Source of the DNA: an uncultured Chloroflexia bacterium | GTDB lineage: Bacteria; Chloroflexota; Dehalococcoidia; DSTF01; JALHUB01 | DNA length: 64,000 nucleotides | Direction of reading: 5' to 3' | Assembly (NCBI GenBank): GCA_963726245.1 | Contig: CAVSBT010000027.1 | Span: 32,001-96,000 of the forward strand | In this document: piece by piece, positions 21,268 through 32,550 of the stretch | Layout of the letters: every line of letters starts with the position of its first letter | Numbering within the stretch: the first letter of the stretch is position 1 | Translations under genes and position numbers: made by a program | Notes under the pieces: model-generated | Seen by the model: the letters and a program-made list of their open reading frames with translations, nothing else | The model's database searches: none | Told to the model about the DNA's origin: nothing

Positions 21268-24013
21268 ATGAGAGCAATTGGAAGAGCGAAGAACGCTGAT
21301 ACCTCACCCGTCGGTTGGCGCTCCTGGCGGTGGCAATGGCCGCCTCTGCCCTATTGTTCGTTTCATGGCTCACGATCCGGCCGTTCGGGCACACCGCAGT
21401 CGTGGCCATGTCCGACCTGGGAATGGTGGCAGCAGCGGCTGCGGCGTCAGGGCTCGCATTCCTGGCCGCCGCAAGGAGCACGGGGCGGGTACGGGCCGCC
21501 TGGTTCTTCATAGCAGCCGGCCTGGCCTCGTGGTCGTTTGCCGAGATGATCTGGTCGACCTACGAGCTGTTCCTCGGGCAGGAGACCCCCTTCCCGTCTA
21601 TGGCCGACGTGTGGTACCTGGCCGCTGTGCCGTTGACATGTGTCGGAGTCCTGCTTCTCGCTTCGCCTGAGCGGTCACTTGCGCGCGCCCGCACGGCTCT
21701 AGACGCTGTCGCCATGGTTTTCGCGGCCTCGGCGGTGGTATGGCACGAGATCCTGCTGCCAACCTATTCCGATAGCCAGGCGACCGCCCTCGAGAAGATC
21801 ATTGGTGGCAGCTACCCCCTTGGTGACCTAATCCTCTTCTTTGGATTGGTGATCGCTCTGGCCCACAACCGTCGTGGCCACGCCGGCGCAGTCATAGCCG
21901 TCTTTGCGTCAGGGCTTGGGCTCTTCCTGCTTTCCGACCTTGCGTACGCTCACCTCGGGCTCTCCGACGCGTATTCCGCTGGGTCGCCCGTGGATTTCGG
22001 CTGGACGTTCGGCTACCTCTTGATGGGATACAGCGCAGCATTGCACGCTGAGTGGAGACCGGACTACGCCGTGCCGCGAGACGACGCGCAACCGCTCGAG
22101 GCATGGCGACAGGCTATACCACTCGGGCTTGCGGCACTGATGTTTGCACAGCTCATCTTTATCGGCAGCCGCGCGTCTCTTGTCGACGACATCCCTTCCC
22201 TCATCCTGATTGGCATCGTGCTTACCGCGGTACTGGTGCGGCAGGCTGTGGTCCTCTACGACAACGCGGGTCTGAACCGGGCTCTCGCTGCCGCCGGCGA
22301 GAAGCTCGAGGCCAGGGTGCAGGAGCGCACGCAGGCACTCTCCCAGCTTGTCTCGATCCTGGAGGCGACAACGGACCTGGTTGCAACCCTGAGCTACAGA
22401 GGGCACTCCCCTGTACCTCAACCGCGCCGGTCGGAGGATGCTGGGTATCGGCGAGGACGAGGAGCTCACCGGGTGGACTGCGCTGAGCCTCTATCCAGCG
22501 TGGGTCGAGACCAACCATCGAGCAACTGGCGCTACCCGGCGCCCTTGAGAACGGCTCCTGGCAAGGGGAGACTGCGCTCCTCACTCGAGACGGGAGGGAG
22601 ATTCCGGTCTCGCAGGTCATCCTCGCCCACCGGGCGCCGGATGGCTCGCCGCAGTTCTTCTCCACTATCGCCCGCGACATCAGCGAGCGTAAGGACTTCG
22701 AGTCCAAACTCCTCCGCTTGGCGAGCCACGATGCCCTTACAGACCTATTCAATCGCCAGCGATTCGAGGAGGAAGTCGAGCTCGAGATGGCGAAGGTGAA
22801 GCGGTTCAAGAGCCAGGCCGCTGTCCTGTCCATCGACCTGGACAGGTTCAAGTACATAAACGACAGCCTTGGCCACCGAGCCGGCGACGAGCTCCTGATG
22901 CAGGTCGCGCACGCCTTGCGCGGGGAGCTCCGGGAGATCGATGTGCTTGCGCGCTTGGGTGGCGACGAGTTCGGAGTGCTTCTGACACAGAGCACCAGGT
23001 CAGACGCTGAGGCTGCAGCAGCCCGTATTGTCGCCGCCGTCCGCGACCAGAAGTTGATCTCCGACGGCCAGACGGTGAGCGTGACGACTAGCATTGGCAT
23101 CGCCGTCGCCCCCAAGCACGGGAGGACAGTGGAAGACCTGCTGGCCCATGCCGACATGGCGCTGTACCAGGCGAAGGAGAATGGAAACGGATTCCAGCTC
23201 TATTCGAAGGACTCAGTCACAAAGGCCGCGTTTGGCGCGCAGTTGATGTGGGAACGGCGGATCCGGCAAGCGCTCGACGAGGACGGCTTCGTGCTGCTCG
23301 TGCAGCCTATCCACAACCTCCGGACCGGCGCCGTGCAGTACGAAGCACTGCTGCGAATGGTCGACACGGATGGGCAACTCCTACCGCCGCAAGAGTTCCT
23401 TTCCGTGGCCGAGCGGACACAGCTCATCCACGCCATCGACCGATGGGTGGTGCGCCAGTCGATCAAAGTCATCGCCGCCTGCGAGGCTCGAGGGCAAACC
23501 GTGCATCTTGAAGTGAACCTGTCGGGCAAGGCATTCGTGGACGAAGAGCTGTTGCCGTTGATCCGGCGGGAGATTAAGTCCACGGGCATCGCGGCAAGCA
23601 GCCTCATCTTCGAAATCACGGAAACCGCCGCCATCGCGAACATCAATGAGGCCCGGCAGTTCATCGAAGCGCTCAAGCCCATGGGCTGCGGGTTCGCCCT
23701 CGACGACTTTGGCGTCGGATTCTCCTCGCTCTACTACCTCAAACACCTTCCTGTGGATTACTTGAAGATCGACGGGAGCTTCATTCGTAACCTCCCCAAC
23801 GACGTCTCCGACCAGCACCTCGTCCGGTCGCTGGTCGAACTGGCGCACGGCTTGGGGAAGCAGACGATCGCCGAGTGGGTGGAAGACGAACGAACGGTAG
23901 AACTGCTGCGACAGTTTGGCGTTGACTTTGGCCAGGGCTACTACCTGGGCATGCCCGCACCGATTGACACCACGCTAGGGGTGCTGCCGTCGGACATCGC
24001 CAAGGCGGCGTAG
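21268..24013 (+). CDS. Membrane-anchored PAS-GGDEF-EAL protein (frameshifts near 21300, 22400, 22520)
   Basis: About nine TM segments, PAS (YLNRAGRRMLG...ARDISERK), RLGGDEF, YEALLRM, LDDFGVGFSS. Confidence 0.88.
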
Positions 24014-24063
24014 AGACGTGCCGCTACACCATCCGACCGCGGCGCGCGCCGCCGATAATAGAT

Positions 24064-26226
24064 GTGGCTATGCCAAGAAAAGCGGCGCAGGAGAGTCGAG
24101 AGCGGTCTGTGAGCCGCGGCGAGCGGTCGGACGCCGGCAAGGTGCAATCGCCCAACTGCATCGACCTGGACGAGGTGCTCTCCTCGGCAGTGAACCTTGC
24201 TTGCGACATCCTCAAGAGCGACAACGCGTCGATAGCGCTGTCGGATGAGAAGGGCCTTCTGACCTTCCACGCCCAGCACGGCGTGCCGCCCGGGTTCGCG
24301 CGTCGCTGGCGCAAGAGGTCGAGCGAGGGCCTGAGCGGCGTCGTCTTCCGAACCGGGCAGCCTTACGTTGCCCCTGACCTCCGCGCCGACCAACACTACG
24401 TGGGGAAAGGCTTGGCGCAGGGTTGGCTAGGGGCCCTGCTCGTAGTCCCCCTGAAGGCCAGCGATGAGGTAGTGGGCTGCCTCTACGTCGGGCAGAGAAG
24501 TGTACGCGATTTCTCGCCCGACGAGGTGCGGCTGGCGAACGTGCTCGCCGAGCACGTATCCATGTCCATCGAGATGGCGGCTCTTTTGCAGAAGGAGCGC
24601 CAACTGCGGCAGCGCTCTGACGCCTTGCTAGAGGTGGTGAGCGCGCCCTCCCTCAGCCTCAGCCTGAAGAAGGTTCTCATCAAGCTAAGCCAGTCGGTGC
24701 TCAAGCTTACCGTCGCCGAACGCTGCAGCATGTTCATCTTTAATGAGGACACTCACACCCTGGAGCCCGTCATGTCGCTGGGGCCTGAGAATACGGATAT
24801 GTGGGAGAAGTTTCGCGGCTCGGCCGGGCTGAAGATACCGGACGTGCGGGGCATCGGCGAAGCGATTAGAGCCCAGGAGCCGATCATCGAGGAGCACGCG
24901 CCGGGTTCGGGTGTGATACCCAATTTCTGGCTGAAGACCTTTCGTATGAAGTCGCTGGCTCTCTACCCCCTCGTCCATCGAGAGAAGACGATTGGGGTCA
25001 TGGATGTGGACTCGTTCACCAAGTTCGTGCACTTTCCGGCCGAGGAGGTTGAGACGCTGGCCGCGATCGCCAAGCAGGCTGCGATCATCATCGAAAACGC
25101 CCGTCTGTTCGAGCGGGAACGGAGTCAGCATCAGCGCGCCGAGGCGCTGGTGGACGTGCTGACGGCCGCCGCCTCGACCTTCAGTATGAAGCAGGTGCTA
25201 ATCAGGCTTTGCCGGGCGGTGGTCAACATCAGCGTGGGGGACCGCTGCAGCATCTTCACCGTCGACGAACAAAGTCGCGCATTGGAGCCCGTCATGTCTC
25301 TGGGAATTGAGGATGAGGGGTTATGGCAGAGATTCCGCAACCCGGCTCCGGGGGAGAACACAACCACCCTGCCGGAGCATAATCGGCTGTTCGAGGCCGT
25401 AACTACGTGGGAAGATCCCATCATCATGGAGGACGCGGCAACATCGGGTCTGCTATCGCCCTGGTGGATTGAAACCTTCAACATAAAGTCGCTTGTCCAC
25501 TACCCGCTCAGGGTCAAGGACAGAACGATAGGAATGATGACGGTGGACGCTTTCCGCCACCATGTCCGTTTCGCCAAGGAGGAGGTTGAAACGCTGGCCG
25601 CAATCGCCAAGCAGGCTGCGGTGGTCATCGAGAATACCCGCCTCCACGAGCGCCTGAAGGAGCAAGCCATCACCGACCCCCTCACCAATCTCTACAACCA
25701 CCGCCACATGCATGAGCGCCTGGACGAGGAGCTCGCCCGCGCCTCACGCACAGGCAAGCCCTTCGCCGTGATGATGATGGACCTGGATGGATTCAAGCTG
25801 TTCAACGACACTCACGGTCACCCCCGGGGCGATGAGGCTCTCAGATTCGTGGCCAGCCAGCTTCGAGCGGCGCTGCGAACCTCCGACATCATCGGCCGGT
25901 ACGGCGGCGATGAGTTTCTGGCCATCCTCCCAGAGACCAGTCGAGAAAAGGCGGAGGAGGCAGGGCAGCGCATAACCTCCTCGCTCGCCGAGAGCCCGTT
26001 CGTGCCGGAGGGCTCAGCCGACCATGAGACGCTGGGGCTGAGCATCGGCATCGCCAGCTATCCGCAGGACAGCACCGTCAAGCAGGATCTCATAGCCCTC
26101 GCCGACACCGCGCTGTACGAGGCGAAGCGCACAGGCGGGGGACGAGCCGCCCGGGCCGATGTTCACCGTCTGGAACCGCAGCCAGCGGGGCGCGCAAAGA
26201 AGAGGCCCGCCAAGAAAGTAGCCTAG
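24064..26226 (+). CDS. Triple-GAF diguanylate cyclase
   Basis: Three GAF domains (the last two are internal duplicates), TDPLT, RTSD I-site, RYGGDEF. Confidence 0.92.
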   Translation: MAMPRKAAQESRERSVSRGERSDAGKVQSPNCIDLDEVLSSAVNLACDILKSDNASIALSDEKGLLTFHAQHGVPPGFARRWRKRSSEGLSGVVFRTGQPYVAPDLRADQHYVGKGLAQGWLGALLVVPLKASDEVVGCLYVGQRSVRDFSPDEVRLANVLAEHVSMSIEMAALLQKERQLRQRSDALLEVVSAPSLSLSLKKVLIKLSQSVLKLTVAERCSMFIFNEDTHTLEPVMSLGPENTDMWEKFRGSAGLKIPDVRGIGEAIRAQEPIIEEHAPGSGVIPNFWLKTFRMKSLALYPLVHREKTIGVMDVDSFTKFVHFPAEEVETLAAIAKQAAIIIENARLFERERSQHQRAEALVDVLTAAASTFSMKQVLIRLCRAVVNISVGDRCSIFTVDEQSRALEPVMSLGIEDEGLWQRFRNPAPGENTTTLPEHNRLFEAVTTWEDPIIMEDAATSGLLSPWWIETFNIKSLVHYPLRVKDRTIGMMTVDAFRHHVRFAKEEVETLAAIAKQAAVVIENTRLHERLKEQAITDPLTNLYNHRHMHERLDEELARASRTGKPFAVMMMDLDGFKLFNDTHGHPRGDEALRFVASQLRAALRTSDIIGRYGGDEFLAILPETSREKAEEAGQRITSSLAESPFVPEGSADHETLGLSIGIASYPQDSTVKQDLIALADTALYEAKRTGGGRAARADVHRLEPQPAGRAKKRPAKKVA

Positions 26227-26489
26227 CCTCCGGCGCTCACCATCGTTCGCCCCAGATCCCGGCATTCTTACCCAACGCCAGGACCGCAAGCCCGTCTTAC
26301 GACGTGAGGCATTGCCATGAGGCGACGGCCGCGTGGGGGAAACGGCGACCGGCCGTTGTACCACGCGAGACGGGGCGTCAGGCGGTGGCAGGTTGGCTTC
26401 AGGAACAGGCTGCCCCGGTTGTGCGCATGAGGTCAAGGCAATAGGATAAGGCGGGTACGGGGGGCGGACACCCGGCAAGGAGGGGATCG

Positions 26490-27491
26490 TTGAAGACCAG
26501 GATTACTGACCTATTCGGAATTAAGTATCCGATCTTCTGCGGTGCGATGATGTGGCTGGCTAAGCCTGAGCTCTGCGCCGCAGTATCCAATGCCGGCGGG
26601 CTGGGTAACCTTACCGCGGGCAACTACAGCACCGGAGACGATCTGCGCCAGGCGATCGCCAGGACCAGAGAGCTGACGGACAAGCCGTTCTGCGTGAACC
26701 TGACTCTTCTGCCGTCGGTCCACATCGCCAAAGACCTGCACCAGGATTACTTTCGCGTCTGCTGCGAGGAGAAGGTCAGCTCCATCGACGTATCAGGCGC
26801 CCCTCTGGATAGGTACCTGGGGCCCGACGCGATCCGTCAGGCGAAAGACGCAGGCTTGAAGCTGATACACAAGGTCGGCTCAGTGAAGCACGCCATGCAC
26901 GCCGAAGAGGCGGGCTACGATGCGGTGATCGCCGCCGGCTTCGAGGAAGGAGGCCATCCCCTCCACGAAGACGTAACCACGATGCTGCTCACACCCCGCA
27001 TCTGCCAGGCGGTGAGTCTGCCGGTGGTCACCGCCGGCGGCATCGCCGACGGGAGGGGATTGGCTGCGGCCCTGGTCCTGGGAGCGGAGGGCGTGATGAT
27101 GGCCTCCAGGTTCATCGCCACCACCGAGTGTCTTGCGCACAACCGTGTCAAGGAGGAGCTGGTCCGGCGGCAGGAGAATGATACGGTCATGATCTGCAAG
27201 ACCATCAACCTCCAGATGCGGGCCCTGAGAAACGCGCAAGTCGAGAAAGTGCTGGAAGTGGAAGCCCGAGGAGGGGACCTGCAAGAGCTCATCCCCCTCA
27301 TCGCCGGCCAGCGTCAAAGCGCCGCCTGGGAGAGCGGTGACCTGGACCGCAGCCCGTTCCCTGTGGGCCAGTCCATCGGCCTGATTCACGATATCGTGAG
27401 CTGCGAAGAACTGCTGTCAAGGATGATGAGAGAGGCCGTGGACATTCTGAAGCGGGCGCAGGAGCGATTCGCCGCAGATCCCGTTAAATAG
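26490..27491 (+). CDS. Nitronate monooxygenase / FabK-like flavin oxidoreductase
   Basis: AVSNAGGLG, GFEEGGH, AGGIADGRG. Confidence 0.9.
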   Translation: MKTRITDLFGIKYPIFCGAMMWLAKPELCAAVSNAGGLGNLTAGNYSTGDDLRQAIARTRELTDKPFCVNLTLLPSVHIAKDLHQDYFRVCCEEKVSSIDVSGAPLDRYLGPDAIRQAKDAGLKLIHKVGSVKHAMHAEEAGYDAVIAAGFEEGGHPLHEDVTTMLLTPRICQAVSLPVVTAGGIADGRGLAAALVLGAEGVMMASRFIATTECLAHNRVKEELVRRQENDTVMICKTINLQMRALRNAQVEKVLEVEARGGDLQELIPLIAGQRQSAAWESGDLDRSPFPVGQSIGLIHDIVSCEELLSRMMREAVDILKRAQERFAADPVK

Positions 27492-27561
27492 GGGCGGACT
27501 GGATTCCCTCTAGCAACTCGAGGCCGGCGCGGGCAGCCAGAGCAGGCTCGCGGAGTGCGCC

Positions 27562-29259
27562 CTAGGGATTCATCTCGTAGGCGCCCTTTAGGGCGTGCAC
27601 GTAGTCGCGCCATACGCGCCCATAGCGTTCGTCATCCGCCACGGGCTTCCTAATCATCTTCAGGCAATGGGCCGACTGTTCCGAATTGCAGCTCGGCTTG
27701 CTGTACAACTGGAGCGCGAATTTCGAGAAATCACGCACAAAGCAATCGAATATCTGGTCAACGACGTCTGCCGGCACATCGTTGATGCGGGCGTTCTCGA
27801 GGATGAGTTGCCCGTAGGCGACCAGCGTGAATATTTCGCCAACGGCCAGCAGGAAATCGGTGTCGCGACTCTGGCTCTCATCAGGAGGCGCCGAGGCGAG
27901 CATCTCCGAGAAAACGGCGGTCTGCTCGCGGAAAACGTTGACGTTGGGCAGGTCCCAATCGCTGTAGGCGATGTTGTAGTCGTGGAACTGGATGTCGCCC
28001 ATGCCCTTCGCCGGGCCCTGCTGGAACAGATAGCCGTCGTGCTTCGGCTCCGAGCGCTGCCCGATGTCGGCGTACTCAGCCGGGTTGAAGAAGTAGTTGG
28101 CCATGAACTTCAGGATGAGGGCGATGTTCACGTGGACCGTGCCCTCGAGCTTGGGCAGGGCGCGGATGTCCATGGCGGCGCTCTCAAAGTACATGTCCTT
28201 CTCGAAACCCTTTGCGGCAATCACATCCCAGAGCAGATCAATGACTTCCTCTCCCTGCGTCGTCACCTTCATCTTCACCACCGAGTTGTAGAGTAGATAG
28301 CGCCTGTCTTTCGGTGAAGCGGTGCGCACGTAGTCGGCGGCCCGACGCGTAAAGAGATCCATCGCCACCAGGCGGGCAAAGGCGTCGGTGAACATCTGCT
28401 TGACGTGCGGGAAATCCGTGACATACATGCCGTAGAGACGGCGGTTGGCGGCATGGTTGATCGCTTCGTAGAAGGCGTGCGTCGAGATGCCGATGGACGC
28501 CGCGCCCAGGTTGAACTTGCAGACGTTGACAGTGTTGAGGGCAGTGTCCCAGGCCTCTCGGCCCCTCGAGAGTATGTCTGCCTCGCTGACCGGGTAGTCA
28601 TGCAAGGCGAACGCTGAGACGTACGCTTGCGTGGCGACGACGTTGTCCAGCAGTTCGTAGTTGGGCTTCGTCGAATCAGCCACGAAGAAGACGTATTCCC
28701 CGCTGCCGGCGATCTTCCCGAAGGTCGAGACCATCGGTGCGACATTGCCGTTGCCGATGTAGTACTTCTCTCCGTTTGCCTTGTAGCCGCCGCCGGGCTG
28801 TGGCGTGAGTGTCATCTCCGTCGAGTAGATGTCTGCGCCGTGCTGGCGCTCAGACAGCCCGAAGGCGAATATCGCCCCGTCCTTCAGAAGTTGCGCCGCG
28901 CGGCGCTTCGCTTCCTCGTTCCGGCTCATCCAGATCGGGCCGAGGCCGAGCGTCGTGACCTGCCAGGCGTACCAGTAATAGAGCCCGTAGAATGCGAGGA
29001 TCTCATTGAAATCCACGTTGCGGAAGGTGTCCCAGCGCGACTCCGCATCTCCGTAGCTAGGAGGGGTGAGCAGCGTGGCGAAGATCTTCTCGTCCTTCAC
29101 AAACGTGAGGAAGTCCTCGTACCAGACCCGCTGGTGAGTGTCCTCCTTGAGCCGTCTCTTCCCCTTCTTCTCGAAGAAGTCGATCGTGCTGGCCATTACC
29201 TCCAGCGAGCGCCTGTCTGGGTACCGCCGGACAAGGTTCTTCGGGTTCAACAGAAGCAT
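27562..29259 (-). CDS. Acyl-CoA dehydrogenase
   Basis: FGLSERQHGAD, NGEKYYIGNG, LEGTVHVN. Confidence 0.9.
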   Translation of the reverse strand: MLLLNPKNLVRRYPDRRSLEVMASTIDFFEKKGKRRLKEDTHQRVWYEDFLTFVKDEKIFATLLTPPSYGDAESRWDTFRNVDFNEILAFYGLYYWYAWQVTTLGLGPIWMSRNEEAKRRAAQLLKDGAIFAFGLSERQHGADIYSTEMTLTPQPGGGYKANGEKYYIGNGNVAPMVSTFGKIAGSGEYVFFVADSTKPNYELLDNVVATQAYVSAFALHDYPVSEADILSRGREAWDTALNTVNVCKFNLGAASIGISTHAFYEAINHAANRRLYGMYVTDFPHVKQMFTDAFARLVAMDLFTRRAADYVRTASPKDRRYLLYNSVVKMKVTTQGEEVIDLLWDVIAAKGFEKDMYFESAAMDIRALPKLEGTVHVNIALILKFMANYFFNPAEYADIGQRSEPKHDGYLFQQGPAKGMGDIQFHDYNIAYSDWDLPNVNVFREQTAVFSEMLASAPPDESQSRDTDFLLAVGEIFTLVAYGQLILENARINDVPADVVDQIFDCFVRDFSKFALQLYSKPSCNSEQSAHCLKMIRKPVADDERYGRVWRDYVHALKGAYEMNP

Positions 29260-29314
29260 TCCTGGCCCCTCCTTGATCGCCTCCTAAGGACTCCGCTCCT
29301 GGCCCGCCTCAACC

Positions 29315-30937
29315 TCAGCGACCGCCGGCGCAGGATTTGCCGTCAAGGCCGCAGCCCGTAGGGCAACCGGTTACCTTCGGGAGAGCCGGGACGCATACGC
29401 AGGTCGACTCGCCGCCCTGCGCGGATCGTTCGGTCTGGCAGGTGCACCTCTCGTACTGCTGGGTGAGCACGCCGGCGCCTGTGTGGCTCGCCGGATTGAT
29501 GGCGCACACCGGATCGCCCACGGGCCGCTCGCCTTTGCAGGTGGCGGGGTCGCAGGTCGAGGGCGGGGGAGTGGCCTCGGCTGTAGCCTTCCGCTGTGGC
29601 CTCGGCTGTTGCCTGGGCGCAGTGGATGCCGTCGGGGGCGCAGCCGTAGGCACACTCCACCATCTCCCTCGCCTCGGTCCTCGATTGGCAGGTCGAACCG
29701 CCGTAGATCGTCGGCACGCACTCGCGGACCTCGTAGTTGCGCTTGAGGACGTCGTTGTCGGGGGGCGCCACGGTGCACGCAGAACGGGTCTCCCGTCTCC
29801 ACCTCCGAGTTGCAGGTTGCCGGGTCGCAGGTAGACGATCGAAGCGCAGTCGCGGCTCTCCGTGTCGCCGGGCGCGACCTCCGCGCAGCCGTAGGGGCAG
29901 GCTCGGACTATCCCCGTGGACTCACTGCTGTACTGGCACTCGGTCTCCGAATAGTCATTGCCCCCAAACGTCTTCTGCTTGATGCCAACACACTCGTATC
30001 CGGTGTCGGCCCCGGTCACGCTGGCACTGATGCCGGTGTATGGGGTCCCTGGCGCCGATCTGCCAGGCACAGTACTGGTCGTGTGACATGGGAGGGTCGC
30101 CACAGGTGTTGTCCGTGCAATACGAACACGGGTCGTCGTAGCACACGACCACCGACGCGATCCCCGCCGCCGCAAGGGCCGAGATGCAGACGATGCATGA
30201 TGGGATTGTAATCACAGTCGAAGCGCCTGCGGTGAGAACCTCTGCCACCACCGAGTCTATACACGCACGGCAGACCTTATTGACCACGTAGCCGTACCAC
30301 GAGTCGGACAGCCAGGTGAGCGCGGCCCAGATGCAGTGCCCGGTCCGGCAACTGTGGTGCGCGTCCGGCGTGTCCACCTCGCTGCCCTTGAGGGTCTCGA
30401 GATCGAGCGTGATGGTCCCCTCGCTGTTGTACTCGGTGACCGTTCGCCCGTCCGAGGCCAAGTGCAGCGACCACGTACACGGGAGTCGCGCCCGTTTCCC
30501 GCATGGCGAGCGCGAGGCCGCCCTCCGGCGAGCCGAGGACGGCGGCCGTTACCTTGATGTCGTTGTCGTACTGCAGCTCGACGCCCGCGGTCGCCGGCCC
30601 GAAGCCGGCGCTCTTCGCCAGCGCTTCCAGCTCCACGTACTGCGCGTCGCCCTCGATGGTAGCGCGCACCTCGTCCTCGAGGAGCGGCCTCTGGGAGACG
30701 AAGGTCGCGAGCGGTTCCGTGCTCGTCCGCCAGGTTCTTGATGTGGAGGATGGCGTCCTTCTGCTCGTCGGACAGATCGGCCGGCAGGTCGAGCCCGCCC
30801 GGCGTCGGTGTCGGCGTCGTCTTCTCATCCTCACTCCCACCGCCCCCGCCGCACGACACGGCGAACCCGGCCGCCAACGCGCACAACAAGAGGACACCCA
30901 GCCGCGCCGGCACAGCACGGGTGACAAAGCCATTCAT
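29315..30937 (-). CDS. Cys-rich exported lipoprotein, about 540 aa when reconstructed (about six frameshifts)
   Basis: Lipobox FAVS-C; pieces in five ORF-track entries join into pro-domain, CxxC hydrophobic hairpin and three CxxGC repeats. Confidence 0.65.
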
Positions 30938-31099
30938 CCCACTGCGCTCCTCTGAATGCAGCATCCGCCCCCAGGCACCGTCTTCCCTCTCACACTCGGT
31001 GGCATTCTACGTGCTCGAGAGCCCAGGGGGCAACGCGCGTGACAATGCGCGCGTCCAGGGCGACGATGATTGTGCCATCCGGTGCGAGGAAACGGCCGG

Positions 31100-31133
31100 A
31101 AAAGACGAATCCCCTGGTCGCGAAACCAGGGGA
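31100..31133 (-). terminator. Rho-independent terminator behind tRNA fragment
   Basis: Minus strand TCCCCTGGT-TTCGCG-ACCAGGGGA followed by TTCGTCTTTT. Confidence 0.7.
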
Positions 31134-31152
31134 CACATTCAGCCTTGGGCTT

Positions 31153-31191
31153 TGGTAGCAGCGGGTGGGATCGAACCACCGACACGGGGCT
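31153..31191 (-). mobile_element. tRNA 3'-half fragment (att-site remnant)
   Basis: AGCCCCGTGTCGGTGGTTCGATCCCACCCGCTGCTACCA = tRNA positions 38-76; no 5' half adjacent. Confidence 0.8.
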
Positions 31192-31567
31192 GGCGCCGGC
31201 CCGCCCACTGGCGGGAGTCCCCTGCTTCAATATCGGGTGCGACTTGTCTACCCGAATCTCCCAGGCAACTCCGTGACCCTAGGATATGGAACGAATCCCC
31301 TAGTCGCCTTGCCCAATCGGCTGACGAGGGGATTTCTACATTGACCCTGATGGAATCTGCAGGCGGCCCAGGGGCCTCCCTGCTTGGGAAGATGGTGCCC
31401 GCCCGCGTCGAATCTACTTCAGACCCCAAACAGCGATTTGGGCCCGTCTTGGCCCCCTGTCTCCAAGAGGGCAGGCCCTTTGTCTCCGGGGAAGACTACC
31501 GCAGAATCGCGTGCCGGAGAAGCGGGCATGATCGGCGACGAAGGGCTTATGAGGCTTCTAAGGCAAG

Positions 31568-32533
31568 CTAGGGATTACTGGGGGCAATGAAGCTGACCTC
31601 GAGCCACGGTCGCAGGAGTGGGTCAGGATGGTTGCTGCCGTAAAAGGTGGCGGTGATGTCTCCACCGGCAGCGGGTGCCGTCAGAATGACCCCATAGTTC
31701 TTAGACGAGGCTTCGAGCCATTCTTGCATCAGGGGCGTGATGTCCACTACCTTCCACCCAGCGCTCTTGGTGTCGATGCTTGTTGCCGCCGCCTCGTCGA
31801 ACCGGCCTCCAAAGACCGATTCCCAGGTGGCCGCGGTCGGATCCCACGGAGCGGTCAGCCGATTCACCGTCACCATCTCACCCGTTCCGACGGATGACGC
31901 CATGTAGATGTGAAGGACAGCGCGCTCGAGCGTGCCCGACCTTATCAACCCCGCGAAACTGATGGCGATGAGGATGCGCTCTCGACGACCAATCGTGTTG
32001 GAAACATACATCTCACCAGCGGCAGCGTAGTTCGTACTCGGGGCTTCCTCCGCGATGTATGTATCGGCGTCCGGATAGGGCCCGAAGCGGACGGCGGAGC
32101 TGTTCCTGGGAGAGCCCGGCGGCGGAGAACGTTCTGCCGTCGACTCCGGGTGTGGTGCCGGCGTGGAGTCCCCAGGCGGTTCCTCCGCAGGGGCTGTGGC
32201 CGCCGGGGTCAGAAGCCGGGCGGGTGTGGGCACTGCTTGCCAGTCCGGCAGCGAGGAGAATACTGGCACGAACTCCAAATCTTCCCAGGAGAACTCGCCG
32301 GCGAGCTGCGCCGCGTCCTCGCGGGCCTGCTGCGACACGCTCGGCTCCAAGGCGGGCAGATATGACGACGTGTTTTCGCTGCGGTAATCCGCTTCCAGCT
32401 CTGATTTGAGATCGACAGGAAGACTCCCCGCTGCCAGATGCCCCAAGGCCAGACTCGAGGCAAGCCAGACACTTCCCATGCAGATGCTCGCCAATCCCAG
32501 GACGAGGCACAAACCAATTAGAACTCGCCGCAT
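31568..32533 (-). CDS. Membrane-anchored DNRLRE/CBM96-like domain protein
   Basis: N-terminal TM, Pro-rich linker, DADTYI..TNY, W..ATW, DITPLMQEW...NYGVIL...PWLEV. Confidence 0.75.
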   Translation of the reverse strand: MRRVLIGLCLVLGLASICMGSVWLASSLALGHLAAGSLPVDLKSELEADYRSENTSSYLPALEPSVSQQAREDAAQLAGEFSWEDLEFVPVFSSLPDWQAVPTPARLLTPAATAPAEEPPGDSTPAPHPESTAERSPPPGSPRNSSAVRFGPYPDADTYIAEEAPSTNYAAAGEMYVSNTIGRRERILIAISFAGLIRSGTLERAVLHIYMASSVGTGEMVTVNRLTAPWDPTAATWESVFGGRFDEAAATSIDTKSAGWKVVDITPLMQEWLEASSKNYGVILTAPAAGGDITATFYGSNHPDPLLRPWLEVSFIAPSNP

Positions 32534-32550
32534 TGCCCGCCTACCCCTAC

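Noticed and set aside
26227-26489. ncRNA in the 260-nt intergenic region after the diguanylate cyclase
   Set aside because: Only short GC-rich stems; no family motif recognised
31192-31560. Group I intron splitting the tRNA whose 3' half is at 31153-31191
   Set aside because: No terminal G at the junction, no recognisable P7 core and no 5' exon found
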